DNA of 62,960 bases, filler included, from Octopus bimaculoides (lineage: Eukaryota): the NCBI RefSeq assembly GCF_001194135.2. It is 8 parts of 7 records of this genome, joined end to end, with 100 filler letters (N's around TTAATTAATTAA, not from the genome) between each part and the next. Parts side by side here need not be neighbours in the genome. Positions count along the whole stretch, not along the records: positions 32,117 to 46,539 come from NC_068991.1; positions 46,640 to 49,264 come from NC_068982.1; 6 more parts are not named here. One strand, given 5' to 3'. The notes beneath the pieces were generated by a model. The model searched no databases. It had not been told where the DNA came from and saw only the letters and a program-made list of their open reading frames with translations. Position 1 is the first letter of the stretch, and every line of letters starts with the position of its first letter. The position numbers and the translations under genes are program-made. This document shows, piece after piece, positions 37,461-49,264 of this stretch.

Positions 37461-37568
37461 TACCATTCTTTCCTTCCATGAGCGTCTGCTAATACTTTGC
37501 TTGTACCACGTGCTCGCGTTGTTGTTCTTTTGTTGTTGTTTTTTCGTCGTTTTGTTTTTGGGATGAAT

Positions 37569-37599
<31 letters not shown>

Positions 37600-38368
37600 T
37601 AAATATATTTTTTTCACCAAAAATAATAACAACAATATATATTATCGTTTATGTTTTACTCTTTTACTTGTTTCAGTCATTAGACTGTGGTCATGCTGGG
37701 GCAACANNNNNNNNNNNNNNNNNNNNNNNNNNNNNNNNNNNNNNNNNNNNNNNNNNNNNNNNNNNNNNNNNNNNNNNNNNNNNNNNNNNNNNNNNNNNNN
37801 NNNNNNNNNNNNNNNNNNNNNNNNNNNNNNNNNNNNNNNNNNNNNNNNNNNNNNNNNNNNNNNNNNNNNNNNNNNNNNNNNNNNNNNNNNNNNNNNNNNN
37901 NNNNNNNNNNNNNNNNNNNNNNNNNNNNNNNNNNNNNNNNNNNNNNNNNNNNNNNNNNNNNNNNNNNNNNNNNNNNNNNNNNNNNNNNNNNNNNNNNNNN
38001 NNNNNNNNNNNNNNNNNNNNNNNNNNNNNNNNNNNNNNNNNNNNNNNNNNNNNNNNNNNNNNNNNNNNNNNNNNNNNNNNNNNNNNTAACAAACTTCTTA
38101 CTACACAGCCACTACACACACACACACACACACACACATACCATAGGCCACATACACACACACATACCATATGCCACACACACACACACACACACATGCG
38201 CAAACACTCAGACAGAAAATAAGAAAATAAATGAAAATTACGAATAAATCGACATAATTTGTATTGCTGAAAAATTTCTTACTGATCGGTTTCGATGAAT
38301 ATGTAGGAATATTTACAAAAGGTTTGTAAAAAATACTAGCCAAAAAATGATCTATGTATCGATATTAC

Positions 38369-39328
38369 TCAGTTTGTTGATCGGTTTAGATAAATTCTTC
38401 GGTAGACGCTTGAAGTATAGGACAGATCTAGCTGATAGTAAGATTCTCGTTCGGTCTTCAAAGTCATTTTGAAGTTGTCATCTAAATGATTAAGTTTCTC
38501 TTTTAACTTGGCAAATGTCATTCGCGCGTTTGGACTTGAGACCAATTCTTCGGAACCTTTTGATGTCAAAACTTCCAAACTGTATTGTATTTTGTCATAT
38601 AACAGCATTGTATTACGGTCTCCCATACCAACGGATACTTTCTCATCTAGATATATCTTGCAAACCATTAGATATAGGAAAAGAGGTGTTAGAACCGCAG
38701 GAACTCTCTGATAGTTTCTGATATGCGGTTGTGATGTTTTGGTCAACGGCGGTTGTTGATTTTCTGAGAAAATTTCTAGAAGTTTCTGAACAGCTCTGGT
38801 TTTGGAATATTGTTGTTTCTGTGAGCTGAAATATTTCTCAGCCAATGTCTTTGTTTGCAATAATCTTTGAAGAATAGTCGAAGGTTCTGTATCATATTTA
38901 TTTGTCCAAATTACATTACGCTTATCTTTTATGTCACCCCTTCCTTGTTGGCGTCTACCTTTATCAGCTGCATTTTTCACTTTTTCCGTACCTGCTTTCT
39001 CTGTGTATTTATCATCATACACAGCACTATCCCGACTCACATTCCATATCCCTTTTATGTCACCGTTTTGTCGTCTGCTTCTATCGGCTGCATTATTCAC
39101 TTTTTCCGCGCATGCTTTCTGTGTGTATTTATCATTTAAACTAGACTGCTTTTTTGTCTTACCTTTAGTTGTGTCGAAATGTTGAGATAAACGCTTAGCA
39201 TCAGGGCTGTGGATATTAAAACTTGTAAGAATCTCTTTGTGTAACTGCGCTAAAGGTTTCTCATATTTTCTGTTTTGCTTCGATATAATTGGTTGGTACT
39301 GAGATGATGATACACCCAATGTCCTCAT
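38369..39328 (-). CDS. Intact 319-aa ORF of unknown function; basic N-terminal half with a ~40-aa tandem duplication and a helical-looking C-terminal domain
   Basis: 960 stop-free bases of non-repetitive sequence in an AT-rich context. The internal repeat copies differ by a frame-preserving 6-nt indel. The ATG directly follows an acceptor-like ctttcgtag|T. Confidence 0.7.
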   Translation of the reverse strand: MRTLGVSSSQYQPIISKQNRKYEKPLAQLHKEILTSFNIHSPDAKRLSQHFDTTKGKTKKQSSLNDKYTQKACAEKVNNAADRSRRQNGDIKGIWNVSRDSAVYDDKYTEKAGTEKVKNAADKGRRQQGRGDIKDKRNVIWTNKYDTEPSTILQRLLQTKTLAEKYFSSQKQQYSKTRAVQKLLEIFSENQQPPLTKTSQPHIRNYQRVPAVLTPLFLYLMVCKIYLDEKVSVGMGDRNTMLLYDKIQYSLEVLTSKGSEELVSSPNARMTFAKLKEKLNHLDDNFKMTLKTERESYYQLDLSYTSSVYRRIYLNRSTN

Positions 39329-41179
39329 ACTACGAAAGTTAAGCAGTTAATCTTAGACTTCGGGGTTCGAAGAATGTACGTAACAGCTTTCTTTTCTTGA
39401 GAGAGAAAAAAAAGCAGTACGTTACCATTTAAGATTTCCGCAGAGTAGAAAATCTAGACTTCATTGGTCTACAGATGAATATTTGATTTTGGAAATATCT
39501 CCATGTTTGTTTGTATACTAATGTTTCAATTAGTCTACAAATATACGCCTGCCATGTTTGAATTGTACAGGCGTCTTATGAAACTATTTTTAGGTTTTGT
39601 TTATGACGTGATAGGTCAATGTCGTTAGTATCTTTTGAGATAAAATAGAAAATGTCGAAACGATATTTTTACAGATGACTTCGTTACCAATATAAAAGAA
39701 AAATATCTTAAAATATGTCCTCAGTGGAAATTTTGAGTAGGAATCAATTCTGAACAAACCAACTGCTGCAGCTGCTGACGAAATTCTGACTTCTTTTGTT
39801 TATTTGTTTGTTTCTTATTTCAATCGAAATTCTAAACAATGACGAGTGTGTTTAAATCGTCTCGCAGTTACATAGATAATCGACAAGATGTGATCGATGA
39901 CAGTATCGGATTGTTTTAGTCTGAGGCAAGGAATTTATGATTGGTGTATAACTGTGTTTCCTTCTCATCGATGGCCTTTGCTGATTGCTTCATATAACCC
40001 TTCTTTTCTGCAACATCCGCCATCCGGAATCCCCTCTCCATGTAAGTTTACCCATTCAGTCATTGACTTGCAATCAATGTTAACGGTATCAATCTCATCG
40101 GTCTCAGAGGGTCAGCCTTGAGCACAGCCTCTTCTTCCGTAACATGTATGCATATGTGTATGTGTGCAAAGATATATGTATGTATGTAAGTATGTATGTA
40201 TGTATGTATGTATGTATGTCATTATTCAAGATTTCTTTCAAGATTTCTTGCCAATAGAGAAAGAACCGGTTTCTAACCTAGATCCAAGGCTCCTTCATTG
40301 GAATTACAACATCGACAACACAGTATGTATGTATGTATGTATGTATGTATGTATGTATGAGACATCCATCAGACTTCCTTAAAATGAATGACAAGGGGTT
40401 TATAGAAAATATAAACAACATCCCAGAGAGGTTGTCTCGTATGTGTGTATGTATGTATGTATGTATGTACGTATGTGTGCGCGCGCGTGCGAGTGTATAT
40501 TTGTGTTTGTGTTTGTTCTTGCTCCTCGCCGTTTGGTAACTAAGGTTGGTTTGTTTGCGACAAAAGAAAACGATACAATGAATACCAAACTTTAAAAAAA
40601 GCAATAAAAACCGATTTGTTTCGGCTAAAACTCTTCAAGATGGTGTCCCAGCATGGCTGCTGTAAAAGAGAAGATAAAAGAAATATTCGATAGTTCCCAA
40701 ATAAATAAAAGGTAAAGTCGACTCTGACAAGGGTTTTCCTCGATACAGAGAGCAATAAAACTAATCCTCTGCATGTCCTGAGTATAACATGTGATACTGG
40801 TGTCCATACATCATATATGATACACATTTCCAGTTTTTCTCGACCACCAAAGTAATTTGGAGTAACTTGGAACTTATGAAAAGAAAGGTTTATGCTACTC
40901 AGAATGTGTGAAACAAGGGCCAACGAAAAGTCTGAAAATAAACACGGACGTTTAGTACAAACTTATGAAAATGCTTTGGGAAAGCAAATGATTAATCAAG
41001 TTTTTCAACTTCTCATAACAGAAGAGGTAAGTTGATTGAATTGAACACTGTATTATAATGCTTATCTTATGGACGACCGCCCCCCACCAGCACTTCTAAG
41101 ACGACTGAAAAGTTATGAGCTATATTCACCTCAGTGGAATTTAAGTCAGAACAAACTAAATATTTGTTTCAGTTATTGT

Positions 41180-41610
41180 TTAATCCCAAGTCTGAATAAT
41201 CAGTTACATTTACAATAAATGAAATTCTAGCAAATCTGTTTTTGTTTTTCGGATATAGTATATCTAGGATTTCATAATCCATTGTATGCTTTCATTGACG
41301 ATATGGGTGCGATTTGAGGGAGATTTGTTTCTAATTTCAAGTATGTTTGAATAATCAATGATATCTACAACAAAAGACGTTCTAGTAATCCAATATATCT
41401 TTCATTGAGAGCAAGATGCAATTTGAGTGAGATTTCTCTGCTATTTCTAGTAGGTCTGAATAATTAATCACACAATAAATGATGTTCTAGTATTTTTGTT
41501 TTCGAGCATAGTATATCTAGGACTATATTATCCAATGTCTGTTTTCACTGTCAGCGATTTGAGGGAGATTTGTCTGCTATTTTTAGCAAGTCGAGTGACT
41601 TCGACTAGGC
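41180..41610 (+). repeat. Three partial tandem copies of repeat F
   Basis: gatttgagggagatttg recurs at ~41311, ~41421 (variant) and ~41555, with a shared atagtatatctagga. Confidence 0.6.
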
Positions 41611-41633
41611 TCCTTCATTTCATCGACTAAATC

Positions 41634-41745
41634 TTTTGGTCGGCCCGAGGCTAGAGTAGAAGACACTTACTCAAGGTACTACGCAGTGGGATTGAACCCC
41701 GAACAATGTGACTGAAGCAAGCTTCTTATCACACGGTCATGCGTA
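41634..41745 (-). mobile_element. SINE family A, 5' head
   Basis: tttggtcggcccgaggctagagtagaagacacttactcaaggtactacgcagtgggattgaacc. Confidence 0.8.
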
Positions 41746-41811
41746 TATTACATACATACATACATACATATATATATATGTATATATATATATATAATAT
41801 ATATATATAAT

Positions 41812-41871
<60 letters not shown>

Positions 41872-42056
41872 CCATGAGAAGTGCTACTACACCGGATCAG
41901 AGTAGAAAAATAGCAACTTGGTTTCACACTCCTCAAGACATTGGGAGTCCTGAACCAGGGTCCTAGAAAGATCCGGGTCCTACATCTGGATGCAGTTTAA
42001 AGTCACGACGAAGACATCGATAACTCGATACATAATTTACGGTACAATAAATGTAA

Positions 42057-42200
42057 AGAGCTGGCAGAAACGTTAAAGCACGCCGGGCGAAATACTTAGC
42101 GGTATTTCACCAGTCGGTATGTTCTCAGTTCAAATTCAGTCGAGATCGACTTTGTCTTCCATCCTTTCAGGGTCGATAAATCAATAATCAGTTGCGTACT
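42057..42200 (+). mobile_element. SINE family C
   Basis: gagctggcagaaacgtta...gttctcagttcaaattcagtcgagatcgactttgtcttccatcctttcagggtcgataaa. Confidence 0.8.
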
Positions 42201-42494
42201 TGTGCCTAGAGAAGAAAAGAATAAATATATAAATATAATTATTACATTTTAATAATTCAAGGTAGGTAACTCCTTTCATAAGAGTTATTTACCTTAGAAT
42301 CACAAGCTCGGTTTCATCTTCCTGATTTCATAAACCAAATTTAGGAAATATTTCAAACATTTAAAATATCAAATTTTACGAACATCATTCTTCTTGAATA
42401 ACAAATATAAATGTGTATATTCTTTAGTTTAAAAATTCAGAGTCTCTATGAAACTTTGCTTAGAAGCATTGTAAAATATAAAAGTTGGGTTTTA

Positions 42495-42698
42495 GTCACG
42501 TGATTATAGTAGTCACTTCCGGTGTTCGGTTATGTTTGGTCACATGCCTAGTCACATGACAGTAACATAAGGTTGGGAATATTCTTCGTAGTCTGATCCG
42601 TAATCTCATTAACCATGTTTTCCTGTCCGGTTTGCGGCCCTAAATTGTCAATTTGTGGCATCGTAATCAGTGTTTGGGGTGTTGTTATGTTGGTAAGT
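42495..42698 (+). promoter_or_regulatory. Putative housekeeping-type promoter and non-coding first exon
   Basis: GTCACGTGA E-box (42495-42503), CACTTCCGG ETS site (42514-42522), two GTCACATG (42539, 42551), elevated CpG, and a consensus donor TTG|GTAAGT at 42693. Confidence 0.45.
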
Positions 42699-42852
42699 GA
42701 TTAATAATATTTATAATTATGTATACTTAAGTATTTTAGAATTTATATATTCTCGTAATACTTTGTCAACCTTGGTTCCTGCTACTGTTATTAACATGTA
42801 AAGATATAATTATTTCTCTGCTGATTTAACAGTTCCTCTTTTAGTCTCTTCT

Positions 42853-42884
<32 letters not shown>

Positions 42885-43047
42885 AGGAGTAGGTTTATGA
42901 TTTCGTTCCTTCGAAGACTAAGGTGAATACGATAGAGTGGCTTGCCTTGACACTTGACATAAATTAACTGAAAAACAGTTGAGGGTGAAATGTTCCTCCT
43001 ACATGCGAACTTTGACCCCCATATAATACATTTTCTTTCACTCTATC

Positions 43048-43083
<36 letters not shown>

Positions 43084-43168
43084 ATTTGTCTATTTGCTTC
43101 TATATCTATCTATCTATGTATCTGTGTGGGTACCTATTCGTTTAGATCACCAGTGAACTAAACCCCCT

Positions 43169-43213
<45 letters not shown>

Positions 43214-43430
43214 GAGCGAGAGAGAGCACCATAATTACCGTAGCATAGTAGGCTTGGTTTTTAACCTCCGGATATTATAAATTTTATCTGTGAATAAATA
43301 TAGGGCAGACACAATCGAACTAGCGATTCTAAAGTGGTCAGTCGATCTGCTAGAAATATTAACTACACTTCACTCAGTCATACGCTACCGTCTTAAACAG
43401 GAAGGACACATTAGGTAATGTTGCCCAAAT

Positions 43431-43885
43431 CATGCATGGCCAACGTCCGGGCCGCATGCGGCCCTCGACGAGTTTCCTGGTTACTAATTTACAGCATAAC
43501 CTAAGAGTAACGACATCTCAAATTCTGTCTAATATTGAAAATATGGTAAAGAATGTGAATGCGCAAAAATCTCGTTGATACAGATAATGAGATTTGTTCT
43601 TTAATAAAATATTAATGAATTTTTTTTTTAACCTCAATATTCTAAACTATAATTAATTTATTTACACAAGTAATCATCATTATTATCATTAGGAAACAAT
43701 GAAAGAGATGTCAGCTTAATGTAAACTTTCATACTAAGACAAATAAAATTAAGAAGAAATGCAAAAAAAATTCAGTGTAAAGTGGACCACTTATATTTCA
43801 TGCATATGTGTTTTATTATGTGGCCCTCTTCCGCTTAGAAATGGTACGATGTGGCCCCCAGTTGACGAAAAGTTGCCCATCCCTG
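43431..43885. mobile_element. hAT-type MITE
   Basis: Termini catgcatggccaac / gttgcccatccctg, subterminal gggccgcatgcggccc and tgtggccc motifs, and a degenerate 8-bp TSD gcccaaat / ccctaaat. Confidence 0.7.
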
Positions 43886-45026
43886 CCCTAAATAATAACT
43901 ATGTCTGAAATCAAGGCTTGTTAGCCTAAACAACAGCAACACGAACAAGAATAAACAAACAACTTCCTCTATACAATTCACATGACCAATTTATAACATT
44001 CAAATACCCATACCTACCCACATGCTAATTGCATTTTAAGTATTTCAGTGTCGTGTTTTTTAACCACCAATCGACCTAACTTCACATCAAATAGACCCAA
44101 CACCATCCCCTAATTTTCATTTATTTATTTATATTCACGACCAACCCCCCCAGACATTGTATCTCGTTCTACATTATATCGTAGTGTGTGATTTGAGGGA
44201 GTTTTGGATGCCTATTTCTCACAGGTTAAGCGATTGCGTCTCTTTATTCTCGGTTTTCAATTCTTATAAATTACAATGTATTGGTGTATACTGTTTAAAT
44301 CAAAGCAGTTACGGTATTATTGACTTAACTGTATTGTAATAATAGGTAGCTGATTATTATTATAGTACAAACTGATATACACTACAGTTACTGACCTATA
44401 TAGACTTCTCAAAATCAAGATTAAAGCACGAGACCTTTATTGCATCACAGTGTCCTATTTCATCCTTCTGTTACGAGGTGAAACATCAACGGAGTCGGTT
44501 TTAATGCGCCTTCATTCGTCCATCTACCACCACCACAAATGCATAGCTTTGTAATTATATTAAAAGTCCTTATCTTTTGTTTCTTGTTAGAAGACATGTG
44601 GGATGGTTTTTGTCGAAACCCGTTTCCTTGTCTTTGTCAGTCTCTGTTCTGTTTATGTGTATCTGTTTGCTTACAAATCTGCATAAATTGTCTTTCTTTC
44701 TACCTGCTTGTCTCTCTATCTGTATATTTATGTGCATATGTTTACCTGCGTATCTAACTGCAAATCTATATATCTTATATATCTGTTCAATTTAATTTAA
44801 TTCATGAAACTCGATCTCTGCATTTTTTTTTACATCACCAACTTTCCTATGAATTTTAAAATCATTTACATAGTCTATACATATATACAAGCTTGTGCAC
44901 ACAGGGTTTATACACACTTAACAAATATAACAAAGCTCTATATCAACTGTAGTTTTCAATTCTTTTATTAGTGGAAAGTTGGATAAAAGTGAGTGTATAT
45001 ATATACATGCATACTTTATTTATCCA

Positions 45027-45243
45027 TGCCAGTACCGCCTGACTGGCCTTCGTGCCGGTGGCACATAAAAGCACCCACTACACTCTCGGAGTGGTTGGTG
45101 TTAGGAAGGGCATCCAGCTGTAGAAACTCTGCCAAATCAGATTGGAGCCTGGTGTAGCCATCTGGTTTCACCTGTCCTCAGTCAAATCATCCAACCCATG
45201 CTAGCATGGAAAGCGGATGTTAAACGATGATGATGATGATGAT
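45027..45243 (+). mobile_element. SINE family D (3' part) ending in (GAT)n
   Basis: gttaggaagggcatccagctgtagaaac core and ccatgctagcatggaaagcggatgttaaacgatgatgatg tail. Confidence 0.85.
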
Positions 45244-45519
45244 GCCAAAGCAATGAAGGCTGATGTAGCTCTCAGGCCAGCTCTTGTCAAACCCGTTCAC
45301 CCCATCATGGAAATGGACCATCCACTGTCATCATGGAAAATGGACACTAAACGATAATGATGATATAATCTTTGGTATGCTTAAAATGTAGGCCCTGCAA
45401 AATATCTTATATAATCATAATATTGATAGAATTTTTTTTTCTGGTGGGGAGACTGGGTGCAAGATCAGTTCTGTTGTCAGTCAATTGGACGACCCTCCCA
45501 TTGTCTATTATTAGTATTT

Positions 45520-45830
45520 TTTACATTATTTCGGTCCTCAAACTGTGGCCATTCTGGGGCACTGCCTTGAAGGGTCTAGTAGAACAAAGTATGCTCCAGT
45601 ACTTATACTTTTGTAAGTCTGGTATTGTATAGATGTATCTTGAACGCTAAGTCATGGGGAAGTAAACAAACCAGCATTTGGTATCAAACACAACATACAC
45701 ACGATGGGCTTCAACAGTTTTCATTTACCATATTCACTCACAAGGGGGTGGTTAGCCCAAAGCTATAGTAGAACCCAAAACGACATGGATGTAAAGTAAG
45801 CTTCTTAACCACACAGCCATCCCCGCACTA
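45520..45830 (-). mobile_element. Older SINE family A copy
   Basis: Degenerate but colinear with 12825-13211. Confidence 0.6.
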
Positions 45831-46493
45831 TATGATAAAAGACATTCCATCCTTGACCATCTCACCATTTTTCTTCAAACAAAGTACATCTCAGAGTACA
45901 TTATCCAATACGCCCTTGCTTTATTACGACGGTAAAGTGTGATTTAGAGGGAGACACTGGCAGTTATTTCTAGTAAGTAGATCTACCATATACAGACCCC
46001 TCATTGTTGCTCATATCATCTGTAATATTCACATGAAATTACTGGCTCCATTGTTGAACACCTGCTTCTCTTTTAGTTCTTCGTATAAACACATTAAGAT
46101 ATTTACTCACTTTTCACTGTCATTGTTCTTTTTGTGTTGATTCATACTTAGTCCAGGAGTTGTTTCATCCCAGTCACAAATGCATTAAATTCTCACGTAT
46201 ATCCATGCTTCTTATGTCTCACATTTTTTTCACAGACATATATACATACAACACTAACGAACCATTCACTAAGTCTTGTACAACTTTGAGTAAATGCATG
46301 CACCATTTACTTACGTTCACACACACTCAAATATGTATGTCTGTATATATTTACATGTATATGTATGTATGCATGTATCTATATATGTATGTATATGTAT
46401 GCATGTATATGTATGTATGTATGCATGCATGTATGCATATATATGCATGTGTATGTATGCATGTATGTATATATATGCATGTGTATGTATGTA

Positions 46494-46539
<46 letters not shown>

Positions 46540-46639
46540 NNNNNNNNNNNNNNNNNNNNNNNNNNNNNNNNNNNNNNNNNNNNTTAATTAATTAANNNNN
46601 NNNNNNNNNNNNNNNNNNNNNNNNNNNNNNNNNNNNNNN

Positions 46640-46685
<46 letters not shown>

Positions 46686-48719
46686 TAGCTATGTGTGTAT
46701 TTATGTATTTATATTCATAAATATATACGTTTATGCTTATATATCCATACATACATGCTCACACACTAATGTATATGTATAGCTTTGTGTATATCTGTAT
46801 ATACGTAAATACACTGTTATTTTGAACTTTTCATCGTAAACTATACATTTAAGTAGATCTGTATCCAGATATTCCCTCTAATTATCGACTCCTTAATTAA
46901 ATTTAAACCTCCCTGATGCCACATAAATCTCTTGACACCGGTCTTACATCTATGAACGCTCAATTTTATGTCTAGTATTAAAAAGTATGCCTATTATAAT
47001 TACGCTCTTAAGTGATAGCGTATCCATATCAATTTCATCATTATCCTTATTAACCACGCAACCATGTTTAAATTTAGTGAAGTTCTGACATTATTTCACT
47101 GATGTCAGACGCATTGATATGCTTGCCTCACCATGTAAAATTAGAAATATGTCCATTAAAATTTCGGACTGCAAAAACCTTCTCCCTTACAAACCATATT
47201 TGGGAAATTCTACAAACACGATGATTAAAATGCAGTTCTTATAAAATCCAGTTCATTTAAAACACATGACAGAACAAAGTGTAGAGGATATTTACACCAG
47301 CTTGAAACAGAGGCGAAATTAAATAGTGATGCTGACTTGTAACTGCTGAGTAGTATTTCACCCCTGGGCTTCGAATAAAGAAACCCATTTTTAGATGACT
47401 GTAGGCACACTTTTGGAGTCGAATTACATGAAGAATCATACATCTTATGAATTCTAATTTTTTTCTTCTCTCTCTCAGCTAAACAAAAAATGCGGAGATG
47501 AAGGCGGTGATGTGAAAAGGCGTATCAAAAGAATCACTTGAAATTGTATTCTTTACTTTCTTTCCTATTGGCTTCTGGTTTTTCTAACATTTTCCACTAC
47601 ATTAACAACCGAACTAGATAAACAAACAAACAATTTTCTTATAGTTTTCTTTAGCTGTGCTGGTGTTGATGGTTTCTGCCTCTCTCTCTCTCCCTTTCTC
47701 TTTCTCTCTCTTAAAAAAATCTAGACAGAAATAGAGTATTTTTGACGACTGAAAGAACTACGACAATTACATATTTCAGACTCAGTCGGAATATATAAAA
47801 ATATTTTTCATAATTTGATTACTGTTTTATTACACTATTTTTGCGTATTATTATTCAGAAGATGAAATACACGACCAAATTTGAAAACAAAATCTTACTG
47901 TAAGAACACGTTTTTATAAATTATTACCAGCTTCAACAGAAGAAACATAAAATTCGGTTGCCATTTTACTAAGCCAAGAACCTAACTGTGGCATAGAAGT
48001 AATATAGATGCAACAATGCTGAGAGGAAATACTTATCTGACCAATATAATGAGCTTCGCACTGCAAGCTTTTAACTTTGGTAATTGCTTTCCTGATATTA
48101 TTGCTGTGAAAAGTCACCACTACAGTAATAGTTCTGCACTTAATAAATCTGAGTTCATTTTAAACACAGCTCTTACCAATTCTATGGCTGAAACATATAT
48201 CACCAAAACAAAGGTGGTAAGGGTAGAATCATTGACGGTGTCGTGGATTTAGGAATGTTGAATACATTCGGATTGCAGACACAGGGTAACAGATAACAGA
48301 TATAGAGAATGGATTAAAAACGTTAGATAATAGATAACAGACAGTTAATAGAAAATAGAGTTAGTTAATAGATAGATAATAGATAAAGGTAACAGATAAT
48401 AGATAGGTAAGAGGTAATGGAGTTAGTTATATGATAATAGATAGCTAGCAGATAAGACATAAATAATAGACATAGAGAATAAGTAGCAGACCTACGTAAT
48501 AATAGACGGTATTTCAGTGAAAATAAAATAATATACATTATAAAAGCTATAAAGTTGAAAAATAATTGCTTTATCTTTGTTTCGCAAGTTCTGATGTTCA
48601 TGAAGAACTCTATCAACTGTCACTAAACTATGCGCCATCGCACTCAGCTTTACTCGCCGATTTTCTATTATGAAATAGATAGAATGAAGGATAAAGATCG
48701 TTCCTGAGTCATACAGACT

Positions 48720-48900
48720 CATAAGACTGGTGTCCCAGTTTACGTGGCAGTATTATTACTCATTTTTGCCAGCTGAGTGAACTGGAGGAACAAGAAATGA
48801 AGTGTTTTACACAAGAACATAGTTCATTGACCTGTCCAGGAAACGAAACCACAATGTTACGATCATGAGTCTAACAGCCCTTACCACTAAGCCACTCGCC
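48720..48900 (-). mobile_element. SINE family B (middle M2), degenerate
   Basis: ccagctgagtgaactggagga...gaagtgttttacacaagaac...accactaagccac. Confidence 0.55.
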
Positions 48901-49083
48901 ACCATTCTATCATGAAATACTCAAGAATAATGACTTTTTAATCGCAGTTTACATTCACACACCGCCCTGACCTCTTTTCCTCTTCNNNNNNNNNNAGCCT
49001 AGTTTTCGACCGTTCTACACAAGGAGCAGTTCTCATGGCTCAGATTTTGCATGCAGTCATAGACTTCCTGAGGTTCTAACTTC

Positions 49084-49264
49084 AGTTTCAGTCATTTGAG
49101 TGCGGCCATGCTGGAGTACCACCTTTAGTCGAACAAATCGACCCCATTCTTTGTTAGCCCTTATTCTTTGTTAGCCTAGTACTTATTCTATCGGTCTCTT
49201 TTGCCGAACCTCTAAGTTACGGGGACGTAAACACACCAGTATCGGTTGTCAAACGATGTCAGGG
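49084..49264 (-). mobile_element. SINE family A, 3' half, cut by a gap
   Basis: cagtcatttgagtgcggccatgctggagtaccacctttagtcg...taagttacggggacgtaaacacacc. Confidence 0.85.

Noticed and set aside
47225-48252. 60-78-aa ORFs in moderately complex sequence (47225..47443 -, 47914..48120 -, 48016..48252 +)
   Set aside because: No recognisable motif, weak splice context and lengths within chance expectation. They cannot be excluded as MYND-gene exons but are unsupported.
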